Shown piece by piece: positions 22,729-36,100 of a stretch of DNA of 64,000 bases (position 1 is its first letter; the number at the start of each line of letters is the position of its first letter). The position numbers and the translations under genes were made by a program. Source of the stretch: Sphyrna mokarran (Eukaryota); contig JAGIQG010000020.1 in assembly GCA_024679065.1 (NCBI GenBank), positions 8,804,001 to 8,868,000 on the forward strand, given 5' to 3'. The notes under the pieces are model-generated. The model saw only the letters and a program-made list of their open reading frames with translations, ran no database searches and was not told where the DNA came from.

Positions 22729-24984
22729 TAGAACAAAGAACACAGAAAATTATAGCGCAGGAACAGGCCTTGGGCCCGCCAAGCCTGAACCGATCATGCT
22801 ACCTCATAACTAAAACCCTCTACCCCTCCAGGGACCATATCCCTCTAATTTCATTCTGTCCATCTGTTTGTCAAGGCGTGCTTTTAAAGTCACCATCGTA
22901 TCTGTTTCCACTACCTCCCCAGCAATGAGTTCCAGGCACCCATCACCCTCTGTGCGAAAATTCTGTCTCGTACATCTCCCTTAAACCTTGCCCCTGGCAT
23001 CTTAAACATATGTCCCCTAGTAATTGACCCTTCTACCTGGGAAAAGGCATCTGACTATCCGCTCTGTCCATGCCTCTCATAATCTTGTAGATTCTATCAG
23101 GTCACAACTCAACCTCCTTCGTTCCAGTAAGAACAAAACAAGTTTCTCCAAGCTCTCATCATAGCTGATGCCCTCCATACCAGACAACATACTGATAAAT
23201 CTTTTTCTGTACACTTTCCAAAGCCCCCGCACCCTTCTCGTAGTGTGGCGACCAGAATTGAACACTATGTTTCAAATGTGGCCTAAATAAGGTTCTACAA
23301 AAATGTGGCTTGTCCATTTTTAAACCAAATGCACCTCCCGATGAAGGCAAGAATGCCGTTTGCCTTCTTGACTACCTTCTCCTCCTGCATTGCCACTTTC
23401 ATTGACCTGTGTACCGGTACCCCTAAACCTAACCCTTTGCCTATCAATAATCTTAAGGGTTCTGCCATTTACTATTTCTTTTCTATTGTATTAGACCTTC
23501 CAAATGCATTACCTCATAGTTGTCGGATTAAACTCCACCTGCCAACTGATCCAAGTCCTGAAGTATCCTCCGATGGTCCTCATTGCTGTCTGAAAATCCA
23601 GCAACTTTTATATCGTCTGCAAACGTACGAATTAATCCGGCTTCATTGTCCTCCAAATCATTGATAAAGATATTACAAACAACAACGGTCTCAGCACTGA
23701 TCTCTGAGGAACACCATTTGTCACAGTCCTCCTTTCAGAAACGTACCTTTACATTGCTACCCTGACTCTTCTTTGACTAAGCTGGTTTTGTATCCATCTT
23801 GCCAGCTCATCTCTGACCCCATGCGACTTCACCTTCTGCATTAGCCTGAAATGAGGACCTTGTCAACGGCCTTACTTATGTCCATGTAGACAACATCCAA
23901 TGCCCTACCCTCATCAATCATCTTCGCCACTTCTTCGAAAAACTGGATCAAGTTAGTGAGACACAACCTTCCCTTCACAAACCATGTTGCCTCTCACTAA
24001 TATGTCCACTTACTTCCAAGTAGAATAAATCCTGTCTCAAAAATTCCTCTCCAAAAATAGCCCTACCAATAATGTTAAGCTCACCAGCCTGTAATTTGGA
24101 TTATTCTTGTTAACCTTGTTAAACAAAGGAACAACAATGACCATTCTCCAGTCCTCTGAGACCTCCCCTGTAGTCAGTGAAGATACAAAGCCCCAGCAAT
24201 TTTCTCCCTTGCCTTTCTCAGTACTCTGGAGTACATCCCATCAGTCCCTGGGGACTTGTTTACCTTAATATTTCTCAAGAACCCCATACTTTCTGCATTT
24301 TGATCTCAACATGACCCAAAGTAACTACACACCCTTTCCCATACTCATCATCCACGAAGTCCTTTTCTTTGGTAAATACTACCGCACAATACTCATTTAA
24401 TACCTCGCCCATTTCCTCTAGCTCAATGCATAGATTCCTCCCTTGCCCTTGAGTGGGCCAACCCTCTCCCTGGCTACCCTCTTGTTCTTTAGCCTTGGGA
24501 TTTTCCTTAGTCCTGCTTGCCAAGGCTTTTTCGTGGTCCCTTTTAGTCTTCCTTACTCCTTGCTTAAGTTTCTGTCTATTTTCCTTATTCCACACTTGCT
24601 TCACGTGTTCCTATTTCCTACCTTTGACAAATGTTTCCTTTGTTTCTTTGACAATGCTCACAATATCTCTCCTTATCCAAGGGTCTCAAAATTTCCCATA
24701 CTTATCCTTCATCTTTACAGGAATGTGCCGGCCCTGAATCTCTATCAACTAGCACTTGAAGGCCTCCCACACGCCAGACGTTGATTTTCCTTGAAACATC
24801 GTCCCCCAATCTACATTCGTTAGTTCCTACTTAATATTGTTGTAATTAGCCTTCCCCCAATTTAGCACCTTAACTTGAGGACTAACTTAATTTTATCCAC
24901 CAGTATCTGAAAATTTATTGAATTGTGGTCACTGTTTCCAAACTGCTGCCTTACAGAAACATCAATCACCTGGCCGGGCTCATT
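22729..24984 (-). mobile_element. CR1 LINE, paralog of 331-2613
   Basis: HLKHSVQFWSPHYEK, ALASRTKENPKA remnants; same junctions as the unit-1 copy. Confidence 0.9.
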
Positions 24985-27219
24985 AGTGGAAATAATTTCT
25001 CTGGATCTATACTATCGCACTAGTTGATCATTCGAAATACGTCAATTAGGGACATAGAGTGCAAGAGAAGGCAGACAGTGAGTGACTTAGCAGAAAAGTG
25101 TCACTGTTCCAATCTGTATTCTCATTCATGCTTTTAACTTTCTTCACTACAAGCGCTCGGTTTCGCAAAGCCACACAAATTCTTGCTTCAGCCATAGCCT
25201 CATATCAGTCAAAAAACAAGAGATCCTGAAAATTTTTCAATTAGTTTTGTGCCAAATATCAGCGTTGGAAAGTCATCCCTTCTGAAATAGATTGTGCCTC
25301 TTGCTGTCTCTATCTAAGGCATGTCCAAGTAAGGACAAAGTTCTTGCTGAGGCAGTGTTCCTCCAGATGTATTGGTATTTAATATACATCCATCATGCAG
25401 CATGTTTCAAATTGTTAGAACATGCTCTTGATTCCATCTACCCTCAGGTGCACTATTCTAAAATACTGCTTCCACAATCCTTGCTAAAGCAAACGTGTCT
25501 TTTTTATTACTAGATTGCAACTTTGGAAACATTGAGTTTCTTTTAGTGCCTGAGTGGGGCACTCTCGTAGGAGATTCACCAGGATGATGCCTGAGCTGTG
25601 ATTATTTTTTTATAGAGCAAGGAAAACTGAGGTGTTATCTCATCGAGGGGCACAAATTATGAACGAAATAGATTGAGAGAAAGCTTTCACCTCAGTAGAG
25701 CGGGCAATAACCACGGGGCAAAGATTTAAAGGAGCAGGCGATTTAGAGAAGATTTGAAGAAATACTTCTTCAGCCAAAAGGTGTTGGGAATCTGGAACTT
25801 GCTGTCTGCAATGGTGACGGAGCAAGGAACCTCAGTGCATTTGAGAAATATATTGATGAGGAATGAAAAAGTAAACCGCTGGTTGGCACACAGACGCGAA
25901 GTGCCTCATTCTGGCCTGGTTTCCTCCAACAGCTTTAAAAGATAATACCTAGCACGTTTAAACGGTCGTTTTCAAAACTGAACCCTTCAGCAATTAATTC
26001 ACCCTGACGAATAGCCCTATACACCTTCATGATATCAATGCATCTACGGCAATCGTACCGCCTCGCCCGTCACGGAATCAGAGCCGACAGCGGCAGAGAA
26101 AGGAAATGTCCCTTGACCTCTGGCGGGAAGTTCCGGTCTCGATTCAGAGAGGCCGTAAAACTCCCGCAGCTCAGTGTAAAAACCTAAATGCAGCACTTCA
26201 GCTGTGATCTGATCAGGGCTTTAGAAAACAAAAAGTATTACTTCCCCACTTTTTAATTTCAATGCTCTTGTGATAAAGAGAGGTATTCTATTTGATTTCT
26301 AATTTACCTTCTGTTCATGCATAGGAATGTTCATTCAAAACATCTCGCCTCTTAACGTTACATAAATTTTTGGAGCAGCTCGCTTTCATATTTTGGTCAC
26401 AGAATCACACAACTCACTGGTCCATTCACTTCGTTTAGCTATGAATACCGAAAGGTCAGCCAGTTTTCAGTGCCTCCTGAACTTAATCTGATCTGCCGAT
26501 ATGTCACTTTGTCATTTTTAACATTTAGGCAAAACTTGGACAGGTACATGGGTGAGAGATGTGTGGAGGGGTATGATTCAATTGAGGGTCAGTGGGGCTA
26601 GGCAAAAAATAGTTCGGCACAAACAAGACGGGCCAAAAGGCTTCTTTCTGAGCTGTGATTTTCTATGGTTCTATGTTTGTGAATCACTCTAACCTTCAAT
26701 TCGATCGGCAAAATAATCTTGTTCCAGAAATGATCCTCGGGAATCGACATTTATCTCCTTTGTTAGTAAAGCGCCCACTTCAACATAATCATTATAGGCC
26801 AATTAAAGTTATCGGACAATATATTAAAAGAATGACTTGCAGTACCAGAACCTACGTTGCAACTGCTGCATTAAAAAATGAGGCAGTGACGGAGTTTGTC
26901 CTGAATATTTGTAACCAGGCGGATTAGAAATGTCTGCCCGTTTTTGTGAATCTTGAGACACAGTTCAACTCTTTCATTACAATGGCAGAATATAATTAGT
27001 TCCATTAAAAACTATGTTGCAATATTACTTCATGCTGTTAATTTAATGTCATCGATGGTCTCTTTGTTGTGCCTAGGTGTCATTCGCTTTCAAAAAGAAT
27101 GTGCACAATATCACAATATAATCTCATCATTTAATTCCCTTTAAAAAGCTACCATTAATTTTTTTTTAAGGGGAAGAGACAGAATAACAAAACAACAGTC
27201 GAGATAACGGTATAATGAT

Positions 27220-27225
27220 TTTATT
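27220..27225 (-). terminator. Polyadenylation signal, cluster 2
   Basis: AATAAA at the position paralogous to 5270-5275. Confidence 0.8.
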
Positions 27226-27415
27226 ACACAGCAATATCAATGACATAAAACTGAATCTTTGATTCAGGGTGAACAGAGTTAAATTGAAACTAAGGGAATC
27301 AGCTGATCTGCTACAAACTGTGATGAAATGTTTGAAATATTTCACGATTTGTGGAATTTATCTTGAAATGAAACTTTACTAACGGCAGAAAACAAAAATG
27401 CATTAGATGCTTGAA

Positions 27416-27738
27416 TCACATACAGCTGGATCTGGAGATGCTTGTTTGAAGCGGGTTTGCTTGAGTCTCGTGTTTAACCACACAGGAGTAAAGCTCGTGT
27501 GAGTTCCACTCTGAGGCTGACAGAGTCAGATAACTGCTCACACTGAACGTGTTGTCCGCCTCCTGCTGGACCCGACTGGTCTCAACCCCATTCCCTCTGA
27601 CGCTGCCATCTACAGTCCATTCAATCTCCGCAGCTCCGCGGTTAAAACCGCTCACCAAACACACCAGGGTCGCCATGTTCTTCGCTGTGATTTGATCCGA
27701 TGAAGGCGGAAGGAGAGACACAGTGGGGCTCCGTGGAC
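27416..27738 (-). CDS. IGLC: Ig lambda/type II constant exon, cluster 2 (FNP->FNR variant)
   Basis: Acceptor ctactttccag|GT; open frame PRSPTVSLLPP...GFNRGAAE...SSCM*. Confidence 0.96.
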
Positions 27739-30700
27739 CTGGAAAGTAGAGACAATGATCGCACATCTATTAAAAATCAGCATAAAACACTGAATCGTTG
27801 TTTCACCTTCTTCAGATTTTTTTTTAAATCGGTATTATTCTACAAGAATGTATACATTTTATATAGTGGAGTCTTATTGATGCCAAATGCAAAAAGGCTG
27901 GGACTCTGGTTTCAGGTTTCTGGAAGACATACAACCTGAGAAGGTTTTCCTTTTTCCTCTGCACGGACGGGAACATGCAAATATTAAAGAGAAAAATAAG
28001 AAGGAAGGTTCCGTGCATCCACTTGTAATCTGAAGGAACGCTGTCCTCGCTGGCGTCACGATCACCGAGAATTCCAGAATAAGAATTGTTTGCTTCTGTC
28101 ACCATTTACACTTAACTGACACAAATCCTACATACTGGACTGATATTTGGGTTTGTGTACATTTTTTGCCGTGGCCTCACACCGTGTGCCGCCCAGACCA
28201 ACAAGTGAGGATGTAGCGTAAATCTTAACAAATAACTTCCTATCGCAATGGAAATGTTTGGAGACATTTTTTCCGACTGTCACAAACAATTTGTTACAAC
28301 TAAGAGGAAGAGTTTCTAATCAATATTGTAAACAATTCTAATACATAACAGCATCACCTAATGACAACCTCAAAAGGCCAGTAATAAAGCAAACGTGTCC
28401 TCATAATTATTTATCTCTCATACCTTGTGGCCAAAGCAGATGGACTGTGAGATCTTATTGTGCTTAGATAGGGGACCCGTGATTCTGACAATTGAAGAAT
28501 GATTCTGCATCACGAAGACTTAATTGTGGGCATATTCTGAGATCGTGGTCGGCGCTCAGTCAATGAAAGTTTGCATTTTCTTTCCTTTGTCATTAGTCGA
28601 TATTCGCAAAGCTGAAAGGGCATTGTATCAGAATCTTGTCTCTTTAAGTGACCATTTACCGCTTAAGTTACCATCTATCACAGTCAATGGGGAAACGCTG
28701 AGTAAATACGTTAAGACATTGTAAGGCATCAAAGAAAGGGTTCAGATATGAATATTCATTTCAAATTAAAACGACAAGGCTAACCTCTTACAATTCGCCC
28801 TGACATTGCGGTATTATGTCTGCTACTACAACAATATGAGGTTTGTCGCTGTCGGCGTAAAAATAGATTATCTTTGGAGCTAGAAATTCGTCTTATATTT
28901 TGAAATGTAATATTCATCCTGTCGGAGACAGGATGACTAATGAAATTGTGACAGGGCTAAAGGGGATAGCATAGTTATAGACTAGTGAACATAGCCTCAG
29001 TGAAGGGAGAACGAATGGAATAAACGCGGCGTAATCAAATACAGCAATCACGACATTGCTAGCGGAAAATCTTATCCCAATGCGTGAATTGGTATTTTTG
29101 AGCAGGTATCATGAGCGGTGAATGACGGCAATATTTTTGCTATAGTCTACATGGATTTTAACAAGGCTCTTGTTAAGTTCACACATTGGATGAACAGGTT
29201 TGATCCGAAATTGGTTCAGAGGCGGAATCAAAGGATCCGTATATCAATGAGTGCCTCTATGATTGTTGTTAGATGAAACAAATTTGGCAATGTGGTTGCG
29301 AACGAAGGAAACTGAATAATGCAGGAAGACAGCAATGGAGTAGTTAGATAAATGCAACAGCGGAAAATGGGATTAAATGCCGAAAAGCGTGAGCAACTGC
29401 ATTACTGGAAGGCCAACAAGACAAGCGAGTACACGGCATAAATGGGATAATGCCTTTAAATGTGCAGAAACTGAGTGACTTGAAAGTGCATATCCTCAGA
29501 TCCTGAAGGTGGCACAGCAAGTGTTATGGTAGCAAAGGAGGCATGTGGGGCACTTATATTTATGTGCCGATTGTTAGAATTTGGAGTTTATGCTGAAACT
29601 GTTGGAAAGATGCATAGAAAAAATGTAATTGTACGGGAGCGAGAACAGGGAGATCTGGAGTCAGCTGAAATGGAATATTTAGTTATAAGTAAGTATTGAA
29701 ATGTCCTTTTCTTTGGAACAGAAGAGGCGGAAGACAAATCTAGCTGAAGGCATAATATTCTGAGGTGTCCGGGCAGAATGAATCGGAAAATAGTATTGCC
29801 AATGGTTGTCGGCTCCTTAAGTACGGAGCTTGGATTTAGCGTTAGAAGTAGAAAGGTTAGCGGAGATTGGAAGGGAATAGTTTCACCCAGAGTGTTTAGG
29901 GGTGTGGAACCTATTGTCGGAAAGTCTGTTAGTGACAGATTAATGGACATTTAAATGCACATACAATGTGTAATCTGAAAACTAATTAATAAATGATGGA
30001 TTGTTCCTTGTGAACCAGCGCAGACACGATTGACCAAGTGGATAGTAATAATGCTGCAAAGATATATCATTCGATGATTCCGCGAATATATTGTATTGTT
30101 TTCCTCCCTCATTCAGGCACAGGGCTACAGTGTGCAAATTTATAAGATACAGTGTCGCAATTCCGACATGAGCTTCCAAACCAGCCATGCCTTCCACTGG
30201 ATGAACACACGCGCAGCAGATGCGCGGCAGCACAACCAGTTGGTAAATCCCCATCAAGTTACACAGCCTACCAAAGTAGAACTATACTGCCTTTCCTTGG
30301 CGAAAAACGCTTAGTTCCCTCCTTAACAGCTCTGTGGTGTACCTATTGCAAATGCTTTCTGATCATATCCCATGAATCAATAAAAATGGCAATAATCCGC
30401 ACGTTTTGTTCTATTACAACTCACTGACAATCACAGAACCAGCAACAATCTGAACAAGTCCACAACAATATTCAAAAACCTGGCAACTGATTCCGAGACA
30501 TTCCAAAAGAACTGATTGGATAGAAAGAAAATGAACCGTAATTTCCGACAAAGCAAATATTCTGCGCATCCTTGAGATTTGTTAATGTGCGATCCAGTAA
30601 CAATCAGGATCTATTATTACTGGCTGAATTCTCGCAACAATATGGTTATTTTGGATACCCGGGATTAATGCGAAATGATAGCCTGAGAATCTTGTATTGA

Positions 30701-31957
30701 ACATTTTCAGTGAGTTTGCGGACGAGTGGGAGTGAGTTGCTATTGTTCCGCAGACCCAATGCAAAAAAGATCTTAAAACATAATGTTGCTTTAAGTGGAA
30801 TGAAGCAGCCTGATGTGAACGTTACAGAACCTGAGTTTGGCCGCAGTTGGAATACAATTTTCAATTCTGCTCGCCACACTACCAGAAGGATATGGAATCT
30901 TTGCAAAGGGTACAGAAAAGATTTGACAGGATGTTCTCTGGTATGGAGGGGATTAGCTATGATGAGAGGTTGGACAAACTTCGTTTGTTCTGACTGGAGC
31001 GTTGGAGTTTGAGGAGACCTGATAGAAGTCTGCAAAGTTATGAAAGGCATGGAAAGAGTGGATAGTTAGAAGCCTTTCTCCCCCCAATTTGGAAGAGTCA
31101 GTTGCTAGGGGGCATAGATTTAAGGTGCGAGGGGCAAAATTTAAAGGAGATGTACGAGGCAGATATTTACAGTAGATAGAGTGCCTGAAATTCCTTGCCG
31201 GAGGCGGAATGGAAGCAGATACGGTAGTGACTTTTAAAGGGTGTCTTGACAAGTACACGAATAGGATGGAAATAGAGAGTTATGGTCGCCGGAAGGGTAG
31301 GATGTTTTAGTTAAGTCGGCAGCGTTGCCGGTGCAGAGTTGGAGGGCCAAAGGGCCTGTTCCTACGCTGTAATTTTCTTTGTTCTTTTGAATGTAATTCT
31401 AGCGCATTAAATCAGGCTACAACAGCAGCGCGTGACACAGACTGAACCAGCATGTCGCTTTCATAAAATCATGGAATTCTACAGCATCTAAGGGACCGAC
31501 GTTGGCTTGTAAGAAAAACCTGCTCACTTCGCTGATTTCTATGCCTGTTGTTTTTCACTGTTGAAATGTTTATCGTCTTGCTAATTATAGTTCCGCTCGC
31601 GGTGTTCATACAACTAGGGCACTCTGCTCCTAACACTGACTGAGTGAATGAAAACATCCCATCTTTCTAGCAATTCGCATTCAAATCATCTCCTTGGGCT
31701 GCCGATTGGATCAGGCGGCGCAAAATTCTGGACAGTCCCAGCAGAGCAGACCGGGATTGCACACACTCCAGAAAAGTTCTGAACCCAGCTATCGCTGCAA
31801 TATCATTGGCTACTGAATCAAAGATCCCCCATAAAAATATTTTATGACCAATCATTTTGATTTTCACTAATTCAAACCACTTATCCGACCGTTTCGAAGA
31901 AATTTTGTTTTTAAGACAGCGTCACAAATGTTAGAGACATTTAGGTGATTTACTTAC

Positions 31958-32305
31958 TGTCCAGATTCAGCTTCGTTCCTCTCCCGAAAATGAAACTATA
32001 TGGACTGCTGGTATATCGAGCACCACAGTAGTAATCTGCAGCATCCTCCGACAGCACGTTGGTGATGGTTAAAAGCATCTTGTTACTCGACGAGTCCACA
32101 GACCCGGTGAATCGATCTGGAATTCCTGGACCTCTGGAGCTCTCGTACCAAACAAACACAGGGGCACTGCCGGGTTTCTGCCAGTACCAGCTCGTGTAGT
32201 AGCTGCCAATGCTGCCTCCGGACATGGTGCAAGTGATGGTGACGGTCTTTCCCGGTGAGGACGAAATGGATCCTGGTTGGGTCAGGACAGGGTCCGCAAT
32301 CGCAC
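31958..32305 (-). CDS. IGLV: Germline-joined VJ exon, cluster 2
   Basis: [11 protein letters not shown]...[11 protein letters not shown]...[15 protein letters not shown]...[25 protein letters not shown]; canonical AG and GTAAGT sites; 348 nt. Confidence 0.97.
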
Positions 32306-32445
32306 CTGGTGAAATGCAAAGTATTGTCAGTCACACACTGTGAAATGTTGAATATTGCTTACAATTCATGTTCATTAAAACACAAAGGCACAAACAGATA
32401 ATGTGAAAAAAATGAGCGTTACTTCAGGTTGACGCCCGTACTTAC

Positions 32446-32494
32446 TGTGGAAACAGAGTATCAGTGCGGCGAGAACTCCAATCGATTGTGTCAT
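32446..32494 (-). CDS. IGLV: Leader exon, cluster 2
   Basis: MTQSIGVLAALILCFH, donor A|GTAAGT. Confidence 0.93.
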
Positions 32495-32561
32495 GGTGAA
32501 GGTTTTGGGAGAGGAAGAAGGAAAATAAATCCTGACACGAATGCGCTTCTGAGCCTATTCC

Positions 32562-32623
32562 AACCTCTCCTTAAAAAGATTCAAACACCGCAAGGCGAAT
32601 GAATATTAATTACGTATGCAAAT
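32562..32623 (-). promoter_or_regulatory. IgL promoter, cluster 2: octamer 32616-32623 plus TTAAGGAGAGGTT 32562-32574
   Basis: Same motifs and spacing as cluster 1. Confidence 0.88.
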
Positions 32624-33008
32624 TTCATGTCAGATGATATTAGAATAAAGATCTCCAGTTCAGTATTGTCTGATATTTGCAGAATGCACACGACAGCCAT
32701 TTTGGAAAAGAAAAAGATATAAATCTCCCAAGGCACAGATTAACATGCAAAATGGCTCAATACCCACCGCTTCCCTCCCCCCCCCAAAAAAAACAAATGG
32801 TGCCGTGAAATATAAAAGAGATTAAGTGAATCGTGGCTTGATCTCTTGGAGACTACAGATTACAACAAATAAATGTTGCGGACAGTAAGTTATTTAATAA
32901 GTTTAGCGCCCCTGGTGAATGCATTAGAGATGAAAAATATGAATTGTGATTTCATGCGCACATAGAGAGGTGTAAGTTAATTGCCCACACTCTTTATTGA
33001 CATCTCGG

Positions 33009-33144
33009 GATAGACAGACATTCAGATAGATAGATAGATAGATATACAGAGATGGATGGATGGAGATAGATAAATATAGAGATAGATAGATATTGATAGA
33101 TAGGCAGATAGTTGGATAGATCGAGACAAAGATAGATGGATAGA

Positions 33145-33175
<31 letters not shown>

Positions 33176-33185
33176 GTAGATAGAT
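33009..33185 (+). repeat. Imperfect (GATA)n/(GACA)n microsatellite
   Basis: Direct reading of the sequence. Confidence 0.9.
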
Positions 33186-36100
33186 GTTTGATGTTATTGA
33201 ATGATAGACAAGCCGCAAAAAACATTTTAGCATGTACCTGGAATGAGATTGAGATGTCAAAACTGTCCACTCAGATTTATTCAAGTGTTGTAAACCCACG
33301 GCATTCACAGTGAGTTAAGCCTTGGCAAAATGAAATGATCTCCGAAACAGAGTTTTTCGCATTATATTCGTTGTTGGATTTGAGGGGTACATTTGCGGTC
33401 ATGGGGAAGAATGAGTTTGAGAATGTCAATGCATTTGGCCGACAGGGCCGAAATGAGCTGAAAGTAGCGATTTTTAAAAATCAGATTTCTGGTGAGAAAT
33501 GGTCTTCCCCCCAACATCACTCTCGCCTCCCGCCGAACGATGTTATTACAGAAGCCATCGTACAGTGTTCCATTGCCTCCTCATTTGAAAAAAATTATCA
33601 AAATCAGGCAAGTAGTTCAAATGTTGGTAAAGTTAGCTTGTCACACACCTTCACCCCATGTGTCCTTGAACAATTGTGACAAGTAGCATTTTTGGTTATG
33701 CAGCTGAGGCGCACAGAGGAGAGCCAGAAGAAATGAATTAATTATTTCGCCTGGTGAGCTGCCGATCGCGGTGGCAGATGCAGTTGCGTCAGTATAAAGA
33801 TTTTGAGAAGGTTGATCGCAGAGAGAGGGCAATCAGCCCATGGCATCCATGTCGATTCTGCAAAGGAGCAATCGAACTGGAATTTCTATCTTGATCTTAC
33901 TCCAGTTTTCAACATATTTCCACTTTTCTGACAGTGATTATTAAATCCTGTTCCGCTAGACTTTGATCCAGTTGTCTCCAGATCATTAAGAGTCTGGATA
34001 TATTCACCCACCATCACCTCACTTCTGTTCCCCAGCTATTTCAAATGTTTGTTTTCTGGTGATCAAACTTCCTGACAGTTGAATCAACTTCTGCTTGCTT
34101 TATCCAACACCTTTAAGAACCTATTTATTAAATCTTCCAGGCGGCTCTAAGGAGAACAACTCCAGGTTCTCTCTTCTTTACATCTAACTTGATGATTTTT
34201 ATCGCGAACGGTGGGGAAGAAGTATTAAAATTTCTCCACCACTGGGAAAATTTCAAAGATGCGGTCAGGTAGAGAGATCAGGAACAGGTAATTAAAGTTG
34301 GTTTGCTAAAAGGGTATTTACTGAAAGGTTATGTCTCAGGCCGACGTCTTGCAATGCAGGTAGTACCCAGAGAGAGAGAGAGGTTTAAGGCCTTGCCTGT
34401 GGGTGGAATGTACAGAGTTGACATCTGCAGTGTGGAAAGAGGGAGAGAGACAGTTACTAGTCCAGTTTAATGCAACAAGGCGGCGGGAGTGAGAAAAGAA
34501 TAGCCCGCATTGTGTATGAGCGGAATCGGCAAACGATTCGCATGGGGCCAGGAATGCAGGTTAAAGTTGACTGAAGACAGTATGCAGCTGAAATAACAGA
34601 CAGGAAGTGGGCCTACTTCATGGAGATGTTGAATAGCTCCACTGATTGCGTCCGACAGGAAGCAGAGGAGTAAAATTTTGCGATTAGTGCCAGAGCTGAA
34701 GATTGGGAAGAAAATAAAAACCGAAAAAGAATGACTAATAAAGGAATGACGAAGGAGAATTTAGAGTATGAGAGAATGTTAACTAAACATATTAAAATAA
34801 CGTAAGAATTTCTACATGCTTTTAAGAAGGAAAATGCTCACTAAAATAATTGTGGTTCCTCTGGAGAAGGAGTATCGGAAATTCATAATACGAAATGAGG
34901 AAATGGTCGAATTTCCTCTGTCTCGCTGTAGAATACATAATTAATATGCCAGAAAGACTTACAGGTGAAGAGGGGGAAGGGAGCGAGGAACATAAAGCAA
35001 TTACAACCACCAGGTCTACTGAGAAAACGATCAGAACTAAAGGCTGTAAAGTCGTTACGACATGGTGGAGCTGGGAAAGATACCCTTACGGAGAGTGGAT
35101 GCAGGCCAAATGGGCCTCCTTGTGTGTTGTAGTGATTTTATAATTCCATGAGATTGGGAACAGCATATCTAACTCCTTCATTCAAGAAAGGAAAGAGACA
35201 GAAAGCAAGTAACTACAAGTCAATTAATCTAACATCTGTCAGAAGATAAATTCTAGGATCTATTATTAGAAGCATGGCACTTGCAATTATGCAGAGCTAA
35301 TATAGTTTTGTGCAATTGAATCCATACTTATTTGTTATACTTACTTGAGCAACTCATTAGTGACGTGGCTAAAAAGGAAAATTTAGAGATGGGTTTCCAA
35401 AAAGTATTTCGTAAAATACTGCTTAAAGATACACTATGAAAAGTCAAAAAGGAGCTCATCGTGTGTGAGCAAATACTTATTACGAATCGAGGACTGGTTG
35501 GCTTACAGAAACAGAGAGGTGGAGTAATTAACCAGTTTTTTGGAGGGTGGGCAACTATAGCTGATGGTGTATCACACGGATTCCATCTGGGGCTCAACTA
35601 TTTTCAATTTATAGAAATGGCATGGATGATGGGACGGACTGATTGCAAATTTTTCTCACTACATTAATACATGGGGAAAAGTATATTGTGAGGTTAGCAT
35701 GAATAGTATACAAAGGAATTTAGATAGGCTACTTGAGTGGTGTAAAGAAAACAGGTGGAGTACAATGTGGTGAAATGCGAATTCGTCCACCTTGGTAGGA
35801 ATACTGGAAAGCAGCAAATTATTCACTCGGAGATGAGAGTGCAAAGATCTGCAACACTGGGGGATCTGGATGCCCTGGAACTTGATTCACAAAACTTTAG
35901 ATTGAAGCTGTAAGTGATTAGGAAAGCAAATGCAATGTTGTCATCTATTGCAAATGGGATAGAATGTAAAAGTAGGAAAGATTCGCTACAAATGTGTCGT
36001 ACTTTGATGAGAGCACAACTGATGGACTTTCTTTCCTATTGGCCTGCGGACCTCATAACGGATAAATAGCACCAGCAAGGGAACAAGGTTCACCCATCAG

